A DNA stretch of 64,000 bases from Candidatus Fervidifonticultor secundus (GTDB lineage Bacteria > Sysuimicrobiota > Sysuimicrobiia > Sysuimicrobiales > Humicultoraceae). The position numbers were made by a program, and so were the translations under genes. The notes under the pieces are model-generated. The model saw only the letters and a program-made list of their open reading frames with translations. It did not search any database and had not been told where the DNA came from. This document shows positions 47,914 to 59,209 of this stretch, piece by piece. The stretch's first letter is position 1. The number at the start of each line of letters is the position of its first letter. The stretch is from the NCBI GenBank assembly GCA_031459385.1, contig JAVKIP010000007.1, positions 64,001 to 128,000 on the forward strand. Reading direction: 5' to 3'.

Positions 47914-49464
47914 GTGGAGCCTGAGGTCGTCAGGGAGGTCGTCGAACAGGCACGGCGGCGGCTCGCGGCGCGCCGCGCGTGGCAGTGGGGAAGCCGGCTG
48001 GCGCTGGCGCTGGCAGCACTGGCCCTGCTGGGGGAGCTCGCGCGCACGGTCGTGCCGCTGGCGCTGCCCGCGGGCGCGCTGGCCGCGGCCAGCATCGCCG
48101 CCGGCGTGCTGGTCGCGGGCGCGCTGGCGCGGCTGTGGCGCGTACCGCCGCAGCTGGCCGCCCAGGTGGTGGACCTGCGCCTGGGGTGCGCCGACCGCCT
48201 GGCGACGGCGGTCGAGGTCCTGACAGGGCAGCACCGCCCGACGGCCCTGACCGATGCGCTCGTGGCCGACGCGGCGCGGACGGCCGCATCGCTCGACCTG
48301 CGGCGCGGGCTGGCCGTGCGGCCCCCGCGGCTGATGGCGCTGGCTGTCGTCGTCGCGGTGCTGGCGATGGCCTCCGATGTCGCGCTGGTGGGCCTGACGG
48401 TGCCCGGCACGCCCGCGCGCATGGTCGTGGAGACGATCCGCCGCGAAGGCCGGCGCCTGGAGCGCAGCGCCGAGGCGTTGGAAGAGCAGGCGCGCCTCGA
48501 CCGGGCCCGGCTCACGCGACGGTTCGCACCGTCCCTGCGCGCGCTGGGCCAGAGCCTGCAGCGCGAACGGCTGGAGCGTCAGGATGCCCTGGCCCGGCTC
48601 GAGGCGCTGGCCAAGCAGGTGGAAGCTGCGCGCCGCCAGGTGCAGCGCCGCGCGTCCGACCTGGGGGGGCAGCCGCCGCCCGCCGAGCGGCCGTCCGACC
48701 TGTTCCGGCGCCGCGCTGCGGCCGAGCGCACCCTGCGGCAGATCCGCGAGATCGCAGAGCGCCTCACGCAGAGCCGGTCCCCGGAGGAGCGCCAGGCCTT
48801 GCTGCGGCAGCTCGCTGCCCTGGCCGGCGGCGGTGAGGACGGCGACGTGCCGGCGCGCGCGCGCCAGCAGGCGGCCGAGGCGCAGCGCCACCTGGAGGCC
48901 GGGGACGCGGCGGGCGCGCGCCGCGCGCTGCAGCAGGGCGCCAGCGACCTCGAAAATCTGCGCGCGATGCTGGCTGACGAGGAGGGCCTGCAGCAGACGC
49001 AGCGAGACCTCCAGCGGTCGTCGCAGCAGATCGCCCGCGGCCGGCCGGTGTCCGCCGATGACGCCGAACAGACGCCGCAGGCAGCGGCGCAGCCTGGCCA
49101 GGTCGCGCCCGGTACCCGCCCACCCCAGGAACGCAATGCGCCCGATGGCCTGGAGCCGCCGCCGGGGCCGAACCAGGGCACCACGCCCGGCCAGGGCGCG
49201 CCGGCGGAGAAGCTCGGCGAGCGCACCCCGCGGCTGGACGCCGACAGGCAGTCGTCTCGCGTGCGTGGCCTCCAGGGTGAGGGGCGCGTGACCACCTCCG
49301 AGCTGCTCGGACCGGGACGCGCCGCCGAGGTCCGGGCGCCGCAGGGCCCGGCGCTGCGGGTGGCGCGCGCCGAGGCCGACCGCTACATGGCGCGCTGGCG
49401 CATTCCGCCCGAGTACCGGGAGATCGTGCGCCGGTACTTCGAGGCGCTGGCCGCGCAGCGCTGA
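47914..49464 (+). CDS. Membrane-anchored coiled-coil protein (DUF4175-like)
   Basis: Three TM segments, DRLATAVE, long heptad region, P/G/Q-rich tail, terminal IPPEYREIVRRYF. Confidence 0.7.
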   Translation: MEPEVVREVVEQARRRLAARRAWQWGSRLALALAALALLGELARTVVPLALPAGALAAASIAAGVLVAGALARLWRVPPQLAAQVVDLRLGCADRLATAVEVLTGQHRPTALTDALVADAARTAASLDLRRGLAVRPPRLMALAVVVAVLAMASDVALVGLTVPGTPARMVVETIRREGRRLERSAEALEEQARLDRARLTRRFAPSLRALGQSLQRERLERQDALARLEALAKQVEAARRQVQRRASDLGGQPPPAERPSDLFRRRAAAERTLRQIREIAERLTQSRSPEERQALLRQLAALAGGGEDGDVPARARQQAAEAQRHLEAGDAAGARRALQQGASDLENLRAMLADEEGLQQTQRDLQRSSQQIARGRPVSADDAEQTPQAAAQPGQVAPGTRPPQERNAPDGLEPPPGPNQGTTPGQGAPAEKLGERTPRLDADRQSSRVRGLQGEGRVTTSELLGPGRAAEVRAPQGPALRVARAEADRYMARWRIPPEYREIVRRYFEALAAQR

Positions 49465-49500
49465 CGGCGCGCCCACACCAGGCCCAGGAGGCTCGACCGG

Positions 49501-50493
49501 ATGGACGCCACGACGTTTCGACGCACCTACACGGCGCTGCGGGAAGAGATCCACAAGGTCATCGTCGGCCACGAGGCGCTGGTCGAGCACGTGCTGATCG
49601 CGCTGCTGGCCAACGGGCACGTGCTCCTCGAGGGTGTGCCGGGGCTGGGGAAGACGTTGCTGGTGAAGACGCTGGCGGCAGCGCTCGACCTGCGCTACTC
49701 GCGGATCCAGTTCACGCCCGACCTCATGCCCGCCGACATCATCGGCACCAACGTCATCCACCAGGACGCCGAAGGGCGGCGGTTCTTCGAGTTCCAGCGC
49801 GGCCCGATCTTCTCGCAGATCGTCCTGGCCGACGAAGTGAACCGCGCCACGCCCAAGACCCAGTCGGCCCTGCTGGAGGCCATGCAGGAGCGCACCGTGA
49901 CCGCCCCCGGCGGTCCCTATGCCCTGGAGGAGCCGTTCCTGGTCCTGGCCACCCAGAACCCCATCGAGATGGAAGGGACCTACCCGCTGCCGGAGGCGCA
50001 GGTCGACCGGTTCCTCTTCAAGCTCAAGGTCGAGTTCCCGGCGCTGGACGACCTGGTGGAGATCATGGACCGCACCACCGGCCCCGAGCCCCCCGCCGTC
50101 CAGGTCGTGGCCTCGGCGCCGGTGATCCGCGCCATGCAGGCCCTGGCGCGCGAGGTCCCGGTCGCCGAGCACGTGAAGCGCTACGTGGCGCGGCTGGTGC
50201 GCGCCACGCATCCCCGTGACGAAACGGCCAGCAGCCTGGCCAGGCGCTACGTCCGCTACGGCGCCAGCCCGCGCGGCGCGCAGGCGCTGTTGCTGGCCGG
50301 CAAGGTGCGTGCCCTCGTCGACGGCCGCGTGAACGTCAGCGTCGACGACGTGCGAGCGCTGGCCCTGGCCGCCCTCCGGCACCGGGTGATTTTGAACTTC
50401 GAGGCCGAGGCCGAGGGCATCGACCCCGACCAGGTGATCCGCGCCACTCTCGATGAGGTCCCGGTCTCGCCGGCGGCCTCGGTGGCGTACTAG
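49501..50493 (+). CDS. MoxR-family AAA+ ATPase
   Basis: GHVLLEGVPGLGKT, RIQFTPDLMPADI, LADEVNRATPKTQSALLEAMQE, ATQNPIE.EGTYPLPEAQ.DRF. Confidence 0.97.
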   Translation: MDATTFRRTYTALREEIHKVIVGHEALVEHVLIALLANGHVLLEGVPGLGKTLLVKTLAAALDLRYSRIQFTPDLMPADIIGTNVIHQDAEGRRFFEFQRGPIFSQIVLADEVNRATPKTQSALLEAMQERTVTAPGGPYALEEPFLVLATQNPIEMEGTYPLPEAQVDRFLFKLKVEFPALDDLVEIMDRTTGPEPPAVQVVASAPVIRAMQALAREVPVAEHVKRYVARLVRATHPRDETASSLARRYVRYGASPRGAQALLLAGKVRALVDGRVNVSVDDVRALALAALRHRVILNFEAEAEGIDPDQVIRATLDEVPVSPAASVAY

Positions 50494-50496
50494 CCG

Positions 50497-51383
<887 letters not shown>

Positions 51384-51384
<1 letters not shown>

Positions 51385-53195
51385 TGGTGCTCGGCACGCC
51401 TGCCGCGCTGTGGGGCCTCCTGCTCATTCCGCTGGTGGTCCTGCTCTACCTCCTGCGGGCGCGGCGCGAGCCCCGCGTCATCTCCAGCACGCTCCTGTGG
51501 GAGCGCGCCGCGCGGGATCTCGTGGCGCGCCTGCCGGTCCGCAGGCTGGAGCGCAGCGTCCTGCTGCTGCTGCAGCTCCTCGTCGTCGCCGCCGTGGTGG
51601 GCGCCCTGGCACGGCCCCTGGTCGCGCTGCGTGGGTTCACCGGCGACGCCGTGGTGCTCGTGGTCGATGCCACCGCCAGCATGCAGGCCACCGACGTGCC
51701 GCCCTCGCGCCTGGCCGCTGCGCAGGCTGAGGCGCTGGCCGTGCTGGCCGGCCTGGGCCCGCGTCAGCCGGCCGCGGTCCTGGCCGTGGCCGGACGGCCC
51801 CGGCTCCTGCTGGAGTTCACCACCGACCGCGCCGCGGCCCGTGCGGCGCTCGGCGGGGTGCGGCCCACCGACACTGCGGGTGGCCTCGAGGACGCCGTGG
51901 CGCTGGCCGCCAGCCTGCGCGCGGGCGGCCGCCCCGCCGTCGTGCACGTCTTCAGCGACGAGCCGCCCGGCGCCCCAGGTGTGGTCTGGCACCGCGTCGG
52001 CCGCGGCGCGCCCAACGCGGGCATCACGGCACTCCGGGCGCGCAACGATGCGGCCCGGCGTGCCCACCTGATGGTGCGGGTGGAGGCGGTCGGCGCGCCC
52101 GCCGACCGCCGGCTCGTGGCCCGCATGGGGCCGCGCGTGCTGGCCGAGCGCCGGGTACGCGTCGTCCCTGGCGCGCCGCAAACGGTGCTGCTAGACCTGG
52201 GCCACGCCTCGGGCGTCGTCACGGTCACCCTCGAGGGATCCGACGCGCTGGCCGCAGACGACCGCGCCGTGCTCGCGGTGGGCGCCGACGGACGCCCGCG
52301 CGTGCTCGTCGTGGGCGATGCCACCCCGGTCCTGGACGCCGCGCTCGCCGCAGTCCCCACCGGCGGCATCGAGCGCGTGCCGGACGCCTCGCCGGCACAG
52401 TGGGGCCGGGCGTCGGTGGTGGTCCTGGATCGCGTGCCGGTCGCCCAGCCGCTGCCGCCGGGCGCGTACCTGCTGGTAGGGACTGTCGCGCCCAACCTCC
52501 CGCTGCAGATCACGGGCGTGGCCGGGCCGCAGGTGGTGCAGGCGGTCGCGTCCACGCATCCTGTCGTGCGCCTGGCCGATCTGCGCGGCGCCCGCGTGGC
52601 CGAGGCGCTGGCCCTGCGGCCCCACGGCGGGGCCGTGCTGGCGGAGGGGGAGACGCCGCTCGTGTGGGCGTTCGATGCCCAGGGGCTGCGGGTCGTGCTG
52701 CTGCCGTTCGATCCGTCATCCAGCGAGCTGGCTGTGCACCCGGCGTTCCCGGTGCTGGTGGCCAACGCCATCGACTGGCTGACCGGCGGCGGACAGGTGG
52801 CCGCGGGCGCGCAGCCTGTGGTGCCGGCCGGGCCGTGGGCACGCGCAAGCCTGCGTGGACCTGACGGCCACGCCGTCGACGTCGAGGCGCGCGATGGCCG
52901 GTTCGCGCTGCCGCCGCTCGACCGCATCGGGGCCTGGCGCCTGCGGACCGGCGGCTGGGAGCGCCTGTGGGTCGTGGCAGCTGCAGACGCTCGCGAGACC
53001 GCTGCGGTTGCGGTCCCGCCGCCGACGCCTGCGGCGGCCGCGTCCGGCAGCGCCCAGGTCGCCCAGGTGAGCCTGACCCCGGCGCTGCTGGCCATGGCCG
53101 CGGTGCTGCTGGGTCTGGAGTGGGCACTGTGGACCCGGTCGCTGCCCCGCCGCGGCCAGGAGCCGCAGGCACGCCTTAGGGGCGCACGCCGGTGA
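51384..53195 (+). CDS. BatA-N plus vWA domain membrane protein
   Basis: PLVVLLYLL...SSTLLW...LLLLQLL...ARP (BatA); DATASM MIDAS; FPVLVANAIDWL; C-terminal TM LEW. Confidence 0.88.
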
Positions 53196-55915
53196 TCCGC
53201 CTGGCGTCGCCCTTCATGCTGGCAGCCCTGCTGGTGCTGCCGCTGGTGCTGCTGTCCACCCGCCGCCGCACGCCCCGGCGTCACCTGCTGGGGCTGCGTC
53301 TGGTGGCCCTGGTGGCGCTGGCGCTGGCCGCCGCAGGCCTGGAACTGATGGCGGTTGTCCCGGACATCACCGTCGTGCTGGTCGCCGACCGCTCCGACAG
53401 CATCGGGCCCGAGGGCGCGCGGGCGATCCGCGCCTTCCTCGACGGCGTGCGCGCGGTGGCCGGTCCCCACCACCGCGTGGGCCTGGTGACGTTCGGCGGC
53501 GATGCCGTGCTCGAGGAGGCGCCGTCTCCCCAGCCCCGGCTGGCCCTGACGTCTCGTCCCCGCGCCGACGGCACGAACCTGGCGCTGGCCATCGAGCGCG
53601 CGCTCACGGCCGTCCCCGAAGGGCGTCGCGCCCGCATCGTGCTGCTCACCGATGGCAACGCCACGACCGGCAACCTGCCGCAGGCCCTCGATGCGGCTCG
53701 CGCGCGCGGCGTCGAGCTCGCCGTCGTCCCCGTGGCGTCGGCGTCCGGGCCTGACGTGCTGGTCGAGGACGTGAGCGTGCCGTCCGTCGTGTCCCTGGGA
53801 GAGCGCATTCCGGTCAGGGTGACGTTGCGCGCGACCGCGCCCGCCGAGGCGACGCTGCGCGTCCGCGGCAACGGCACGCTGCTGCTGGTCCGCGACCTGC
53901 AGCTGCGGCCCGGACGCACCGAGGTCGACCTCGAGCCGGTGACGACGCAGGGGGGCCTGCTGCGCGTCGACGCCGCGGTGGACGCGGACCCCGACGGCGA
54001 GCCCGGGAACAACCGCGCCTTCGCGCTGGCATTCGTGCAGGGCCGGCCGTTCGTGCTCTACGCGGGCGACCCGCCCGGCCCCCTGGCCGACGTGCTCGCG
54101 GGCCAGGGGTTCGAGGTCCGGCGCACCGCTCCGGGACAGCTGCCGACGTCGCCGGCCGCCTATCAGGGGGTCGCCGCCGTGGTGCTGGACGACCTGCCGG
54201 CTTACCGGCTGAGCCCGCACCAGATGACGGCCCTGCGCGACTACGTGGCCGCAGGCGGCGGGCTCGTGGCCGCAGCGGGCCGGCAGTCGTTCGGGATCGG
54301 CGGATATGCCGATACGCCGCTCGAGGAGGCCCTGCCGGTCAGCATGGACGTCCGGCACCGGTTGGCCATTCCGTCGATGGCGGTGGTGCTGGTGCTGGAC
54401 GCGTCGGGCAGCATGGGGAGCTTCGGGCCGGAGCTGGCCAAGGTGGAGCTCGCCAAGGAGACGGCGCAGTCGGTGATCGACCTCCTCGGCGAGCGCGACC
54501 TGGTGGGCGTGATCGCGTTCGACCAGCAGCCCCGCTGGCTGGTAGAGCTCACGCCGGCCGGGCGGCGCGCGGCGATCCTGGACGCGGTGGCGCGCATCAA
54601 GGCCGGCGGCGGCACCAACCTCTACCCGGCTCTGGTGGCGGCAAGGGACGCGCTGCGCCGCGCCGAGGCCAAGGTGAAGCACGTGATCGTGCTCTCCGAC
54701 GGGCAGACCGATCCGGGTGACTTCCGCGGCCTGACCGTGGGCATGGCCGACGAGCGGATGACGGTCAGCACCGTGGCCATCGGCCGCGACGCCGACGTGG
54801 AGATCATGCGGAACATCGCGGCCTGGGGCCGCGGGCGCGCGTACGTCGCGCAGGACCTCTACAGCATCCCGCAGATCCTCACCGCCGAGGCGATGCTGGC
54901 CACGCGCGCCTATGTCGTCGAAGAGCGTTTTTCGCCCCGTATCGTCGGCGCCCCGGCGCCCCTGGCCGGCATCGCGGGCCTGCCGCCGTTGCGCGGGTAC
55001 CTGGCCACGGCGCCGAAGCCGGCAGCCGAGGTCGCGGTGATCTCGCACCAGGACGACCCGGTGGTGGCGCTGTGGGCGTACGGGCTCGGCCGCGCCGTGG
55101 CTGTTGCGACCGACGCCCGCCTCCGCTGGACCGCTGAGTGGAGCGGGTGGCCCGACGCCCCGCGCTTCTGGTCGCAGCTGGTACGCTGGGCGTCGGCGAC
55201 AGCCAGCTGGCCCCTGGACGTGCACGTGGACACGGAGGCCGGCCGGGTGCGCGTGGTCCTGGACGCCCGGGCCGCGGACGGGACGCCGATCGTCTCCTGG
55301 ACGGCCCAGGCCACGGTGGCCGGCGACGGCGCCGAGACCGTGCGCGTGCCGCTGGAACAGACCCAGCCGGGCTGGTACGAGGCGTCGCTGCCGCTGCCCG
55401 CGCCCGGCGCCTACCTGGTGACCGTGGCCGCATACGACGGCGGGCGGCTGGTCGGCCGGGCGGCGCGCGGGCTGGCCGTCCCCTACTCGCCCGAACTCCG
55501 TCAGGTCGGCCTGAACCGCGCCTTGCTCTCGCAGATCGTCGAGACCGCAGCCGCGCGCATCGTGACCCGGCCCGCCGAGGCGCTGGCGTCCCCGGCACAC
55601 CCGGAGCGCCGGCCGCGCCCGGTCTGGCCCGCGCTCGCGGCGGTGGGGCTGATGGCGTTCCTGGCGGAGGTGACGCTGCGGCGGGTGCCGGTCATCGAGC
55701 ACCACGTCGCGCGCCTGGCGGCGGCCGCGGTGGCGCTGGTGCGCCGCACCCCGCCGCCGGACGTGCTGGCCGGGGACGCAGAGTACGATGCGGCCGACCG
55801 CTGGCGCATCGACGAGCCGGCCGAGGCCGCGGCGCGTGCCGCCTCGATGGAGGCAGCCGCGCGGTTGTACATCGCGCGGCTCCGGCGCCAGCGCGAGGAC
55901 GACCAACCGGCGTGA
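53192..55915 (+). CDS. Large membrane protein with two vWA domains and a GATase-like (DUF1355-like) domain
   Basis: DRSDS/LLTDG and DASGSM/LSDGQT MIDAS sets; GGGL...GGY..TPLEEALPV; W.YGLGRAVA. Confidence 0.88.
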   Translation: MIRLASPFMLAALLVLPLVLLSTRRRTPRRHLLGLRLVALVALALAAAGLELMAVVPDITVVLVADRSDSIGPEGARAIRAFLDGVRAVAGPHHRVGLVTFGGDAVLEEAPSPQPRLALTSRPRADGTNLALAIERALTAVPEGRRARIVLLTDGNATTGNLPQALDAARARGVELAVVPVASASGPDVLVEDVSVPSVVSLGERIPVRVTLRATAPAEATLRVRGNGTLLLVRDLQLRPGRTEVDLEPVTTQGGLLRVDAAVDADPDGEPGNNRAFALAFVQGRPFVLYAGDPPGPLADVLAGQGFEVRRTAPGQLPTSPAAYQGVAAVVLDDLPAYRLSPHQMTALRDYVAAGGGLVAAAGRQSFGIGGYADTPLEEALPVSMDVRHRLAIPSMAVVLVLDASGSMGSFGPELAKVELAKETAQSVIDLLGERDLVGVIAFDQQPRWLVELTPAGRRAAILDAVARIKAGGGTNLYPALVAARDALRRAEAKVKHVIVLSDGQTDPGDFRGLTVGMADERMTVSTVAIGRDADVEIMRNIAAWGRGRAYVAQDLYSIPQILTAEAMLATRAYVVEERFSPRIVGAPAPLAGIAGLPPLRGYLATAPKPAAEVAVISHQDDPVVALWAYGLGRAVAVATDARLRWTAEWSGWPDAPRFWSQLVRWASATASWPLDVHVDTEAGRVRVVLDARAADGTPIVSWTAQATVAGDGAETVRVPLEQTQPGWYEASLPLPAPGAYLVTVAAYDGGRLVGRAARGLAVPYSPELRQVGLNRALLSQIVETAAARIVTRPAEALASPAHPERRPRPVWPALAAVGLMAFLAEVTLRRVPVIEHHVARLAAAAVALVRRTPPPDVLAGDAEYDAADRWRIDEPAEAAARAASMEAAARLYIARLRRQREDDQPA

Positions 55916-55916
55916 C

Positions 55917-57179
55917 GTGACCGGCACCGCCGCGCTGCCCCCCATGTTCCGGATCGCCCGGCGCCTGCCGCGGCCGCGCGTGGGCGATCCCGGCCGCGCC
56001 ACCGAGGACGCCCTGGCCCGCCTGGACCTGGCCCCGCGCGTCGCCGGCCGCCGCATCGCTGTCACCGCCGGCAGCCGGGGCATCCGCGACATCGTTCCCG
56101 TGCTGCGCGCAGTGGTCGCGCACCTGCGGCGCCTGGGCGCCGACCCCGTGGTCGTGGCCGCGATGGGCAGCCACGGCGGCGGCGTGGCCGACGGCCAGCG
56201 CCGGGTCCTTGAGCACCTGGGCATCACCGAGGCCGCGCTCGGGGCGCCGGTCTCCACCGCGATGGAGGCGGAGGTCGTCGGGCGCACGCCGGAGGGCCTC
56301 CCGGTCTGGTGCGATGCGGTCGCCGCGGCGTGCGACGGCATCGTGGTGGTCAACCGCATCAAGGAGCACACGGGGTTCTTCGGGCCGTTCGGCAGCGGTC
56401 TGATGAAGATGCTGGCCGTCGGGCTGGGCAAGGTGGCGGGCGCCTCCCAGGTCCACCGCCACGGTCCCGGCGCTCCCATGGCCGGGGCGATCCGCGCCAT
56501 GGCCCGGGTCCACCTGGCCCGGGGCGCCGTCGTGGCCGGGGTCGCGATCGTGGAGAACGCCTACGACGAGACCGCGCACATCGAAGTGGTCCCGCCCGAG
56601 CACCTGCCCGAGCGCGAGCTGGAGCTGTTCGGCCTGGCCCAGCGGCTGCGTCCGCGGTTGCCGCTGGACGACCTGGACGTGCTCATCGTGGATGCGATCG
56701 GCAAGGACTATTCGGGCACCGGCATGGATCCCGTGGTGGTGGGCCGGATGCGCGTGCCCGGGCTGCCAGAGCCCCCGGCGCCGCGCATCCGGCGCATCGT
56801 GGCGCTGCGCCTGTCGGCCGGGTCGGAAGGCAACGCCCAGGGCGTGGGCCTGGCTGATCTCGTGACGCAGCGCCTGGTCGACGCCATCGACCGGCGGGCC
56901 ACCTACCTGAACGCGATCACGAGCACGTTCCTCCAGCGCGCGTTCATCCCGGTGACGCTGCCCTCGGATCGCGACGCGATCACCACGGCCCTGGACACGC
57001 TGGGTCTGGCCGACCCGCGCGAGGCCCGCATCGTGCGCATCGCCAACACGCTGCATCTGGAGACGCTGCTGGCATCCGAGGCGGCGGTGGCGGCGCTGCG
57101 GGGGCAGGAGGGGCTGGAGATCGGCGGACCCGTGCCGTGGCGCTTCGCGCCCGACGGCCAGCTCGCCGACCTGCCGTGA
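55917..57179 (+). CDS. LarA N-terminal-like (DUF2088) protein
   Basis: AVTAGSRGI, AMGSHGG, VNRIKEHT, SGLMKMLAVGLGK, GKDYSGTGMD. Confidence 0.75.
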   Translation: MTGTAALPPMFRIARRLPRPRVGDPGRATEDALARLDLAPRVAGRRIAVTAGSRGIRDIVPVLRAVVAHLRRLGADPVVVAAMGSHGGGVADGQRRVLEHLGITEAALGAPVSTAMEAEVVGRTPEGLPVWCDAVAAACDGIVVVNRIKEHTGFFGPFGSGLMKMLAVGLGKVAGASQVHRHGPGAPMAGAIRAMARVHLARGAVVAGVAIVENAYDETAHIEVVPPEHLPERELELFGLAQRLRPRLPLDDLDVLIVDAIGKDYSGTGMDPVVVGRMRVPGLPEPPAPRIRRIVALRLSAGSEGNAQGVGLADLVTQRLVDAIDRRATYLNAITSTFLQRAFIPVTLPSDRDAITTALDTLGLADPREARIVRIANTLHLETLLASEAAVAALRGQEGLEIGGPVPWRFAPDGQLADLP

Positions 57180-57988
57180 TCGGGCCCGTGCGTCAGGGCG
57201 CCCTGGACGCGGCCGTGGCCCGGCTGCGGAAGGCCCGCGCGGCCGTGGCGTTCACCGGCGCGGGCATCAGCACGGCGTCGGGGCTCCCCGACTTCCGCTC
57301 GCCCCAGGGCCTGTGGGCCACGGTCGACCCCGCCACCGTCGCCTCGCGCTCCGCCTTCGAACGCGACCCCCGGCGGTTCTACCAGTTCTACCGCGAGCGC
57401 CTCGACCGGCTCCGTCATGCCGCCCCCAACGCCGCCCACCACGCCATTGCGGCGCTCGAGCGCGCCGGCCGGCTGCGCGGGGTGATCACGCAGAACGTCG
57501 ACGGTCTGCACCAGGCCGCCGGCTCCCGGCGGGTGATCGAACTGCACGGCAACCTGCGGGAAGCGGTCTGCCCGCGCTGCGAGGAGCTGTGGCCCATCGC
57601 CGTGGTGGTCGAGGCGCTGGCGCAGGACCGGGTGCCGCTGTGCCAGCGGTGCGGCGCGGTGCTCAAGCCCAACGTCGTGCTGTTCGAGGACCTGCTCCCC
57701 GCGCGCGCGTGGCAGGCGGCGGCCGCGCTGGCCCGGGCGGCGGATGTGATGCTCGTCGTGGGGTCGTCGCTCCAGGTGACCCCCGCGGCCTACCTTCCCC
57801 AGGACACCCTGGATGCCGGCGGCGTGCTGGTGATCGTGAACCGCGAGCCCACGCCCTACGACGATCGCGCGGCGGTCGTCCTTCGCGCCGACGCGGCCCT
57901 GGTGTTGCCCGCGATCGCGGCCGCGCTCGGCGCCTGGGAGGACCGCTGCGACGCGCCGCCGAATCACTTCCCACAGCCAGAGGAGTAG
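57176..57988 (+). CDS. cobB: NAD-dependent protein deacylase (sirtuin)
   Basis: TGAGISTASGLPDFRS..GLW, TQNVDGLH, HG, CxxC...CxxC, KPNVVLF, GSSL.V.PAA. Confidence 0.93.
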   Translation: MIGPVRQGALDAAVARLRKARAAVAFTGAGISTASGLPDFRSPQGLWATVDPATVASRSAFERDPRRFYQFYRERLDRLRHAAPNAAHHAIAALERAGRLRGVITQNVDGLHQAAGSRRVIELHGNLREAVCPRCEELWPIAVVVEALAQDRVPLCQRCGAVLKPNVVLFEDLLPARAWQAAAALARAADVMLVVGSSLQVTPAAYLPQDTLDAGGVLVIVNREPTPYDDRAAVVLRADAALVLPAIAAALGAWEDRCDAPPNHFPQPEE

Positions 57989-58047
57989 ACCCCGCGGCCC
58001 GGCGACGCCGGGCCGATTCGTGTGTGGCGGCGCGAGGTGGTCACGGC

Positions 58048-58845
58048 ATGGTCCAGGCGGAGATCGGCGTGTTCGGCGGCTCGGGATTCTACGCGCTGCT
58101 GGACGACGCGCAGGAGATCACCGTCGAGACGCCCTACGGCCCGCCCAGCGACACGATCACCGTGGGCGAGATCGCGGGGCGGAGGGTCGCATTTCTCCCG
58201 CGGCACGGGCGGCGACACCAGTATCCGCCCCACGCCATCAACTACCGCGCCAACGTGGCCGCGATGAAGCAGCTGGGGGTCACGCGCCTGCTGGGACCGT
58301 GCGCGGCGGGCAGCCTGCAGCCCCATGTGCGTCCGGGGGAGTTCGTGCTGTGCGACCAGGTCGTGGACCGCACCGCCGGCCGGAAGGACACGTTCTACGA
58401 CGGCCCTGAGACGGTCCACGTGAGCCTGGCCGATCCGTACTGCCCGCAGCTCCGCCAGGTCGCCTGGGAGGCGGCGCAGCGCCTGGCCGTGCCGGTGCAC
58501 CGCAGAGGCACCGTGGTGGTCATCCAGGGGCCGCGCTTCTCCACGCGCGCCGAGAGCCGCTGGTTTCGCGCCGCCGGCTGGGAGGTCATCAACATGACCC
58601 AGTACCCCGAGGTGGTGCTGGCGCGCGAGCTGGAGCTGTGCTATCTGAACATCTCCCTGATCACCGACTACGACGTGGGGGTCGAGGGCGATCCGACCGC
58701 GAGGCCCGTCACGGCCGAAGAGGTGCTCAAGGCGTTCGCGGCCAACCTCGGCCGCCTGCGCGAGCTGCTGGGCGCCATCATCGCGGCGATCCCCGCGGAG
58801 CGCACGTGCCCCTGCGGGCGGGCCCTGTCCGGCGCGCGCGGGTAG
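58048..58845 (+). CDS. mtnP: S-methyl-5'-thioadenosine phosphorylase
   Basis: GVFGGSGFY, TPYG.PS, LPRHG..H, GPRFSTRAES, NMT..PE, TDYD. Confidence 0.93.
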   Translation: MVQAEIGVFGGSGFYALLDDAQEITVETPYGPPSDTITVGEIAGRRVAFLPRHGRRHQYPPHAINYRANVAAMKQLGVTRLLGPCAAGSLQPHVRPGEFVLCDQVVDRTAGRKDTFYDGPETVHVSLADPYCPQLRQVAWEAAQRLAVPVHRRGTVVVIQGPRFSTRAESRWFRAAGWEVINMTQYPEVVLARELELCYLNISLITDYDVGVEGDPTARPVTAEEVLKAFAANLGRLRELLGAIIAAIPAERTCPCGRALSGARG

Positions 58846-58915
58846 CGCCGGGTCCGGGCGCTGCGGGGCGAGGCGTGCGGGACGGGCTGCGGCAGAGGAC
58901 GCGAGGAAGGCAGGG

Positions 58916-59209
58916 ATGCAGATGCGACGATCCACCGACGACCCGTCGGGCAAGTGGATGGGCCTGGCCGTGTTCCTGCTGGGCGTGGTGTTCCTGACGA
59001 TCGTCTTCATCATGGCGTACCGGGACGTGGTGGCCTCCGGGGTGCTGGGCAGGGTGGCCGCCGCCGGGCCGACGCCCGAGCCTGGCCCTGCCCTGGTGGC
59101 CCTGGCGATCAAGGGCGTCCTGCTGGTCGTCATGGCCGTCGCCGGCGGGGCGCTGGCCAACCGGGGCATCGGCCTGTACGCGGCCGCGCGTGGGTCCGAT
59201 GAAAGCTGA
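58916..59209 (+). CDS. Small two-TM hypothetical protein
   Basis: Two clear hydrophobic helices; codon use matches the host; fills the mtnP-ltaE gap. Confidence 0.65.
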   Translation: MQMRRSTDDPSGKWMGLAVFLLGVVFLTIVFIMAYRDVVASGVLGRVAAAGPTPEPGPALVALAIKGVLLVVMAVAGGALANRGIGLYAAARGSDES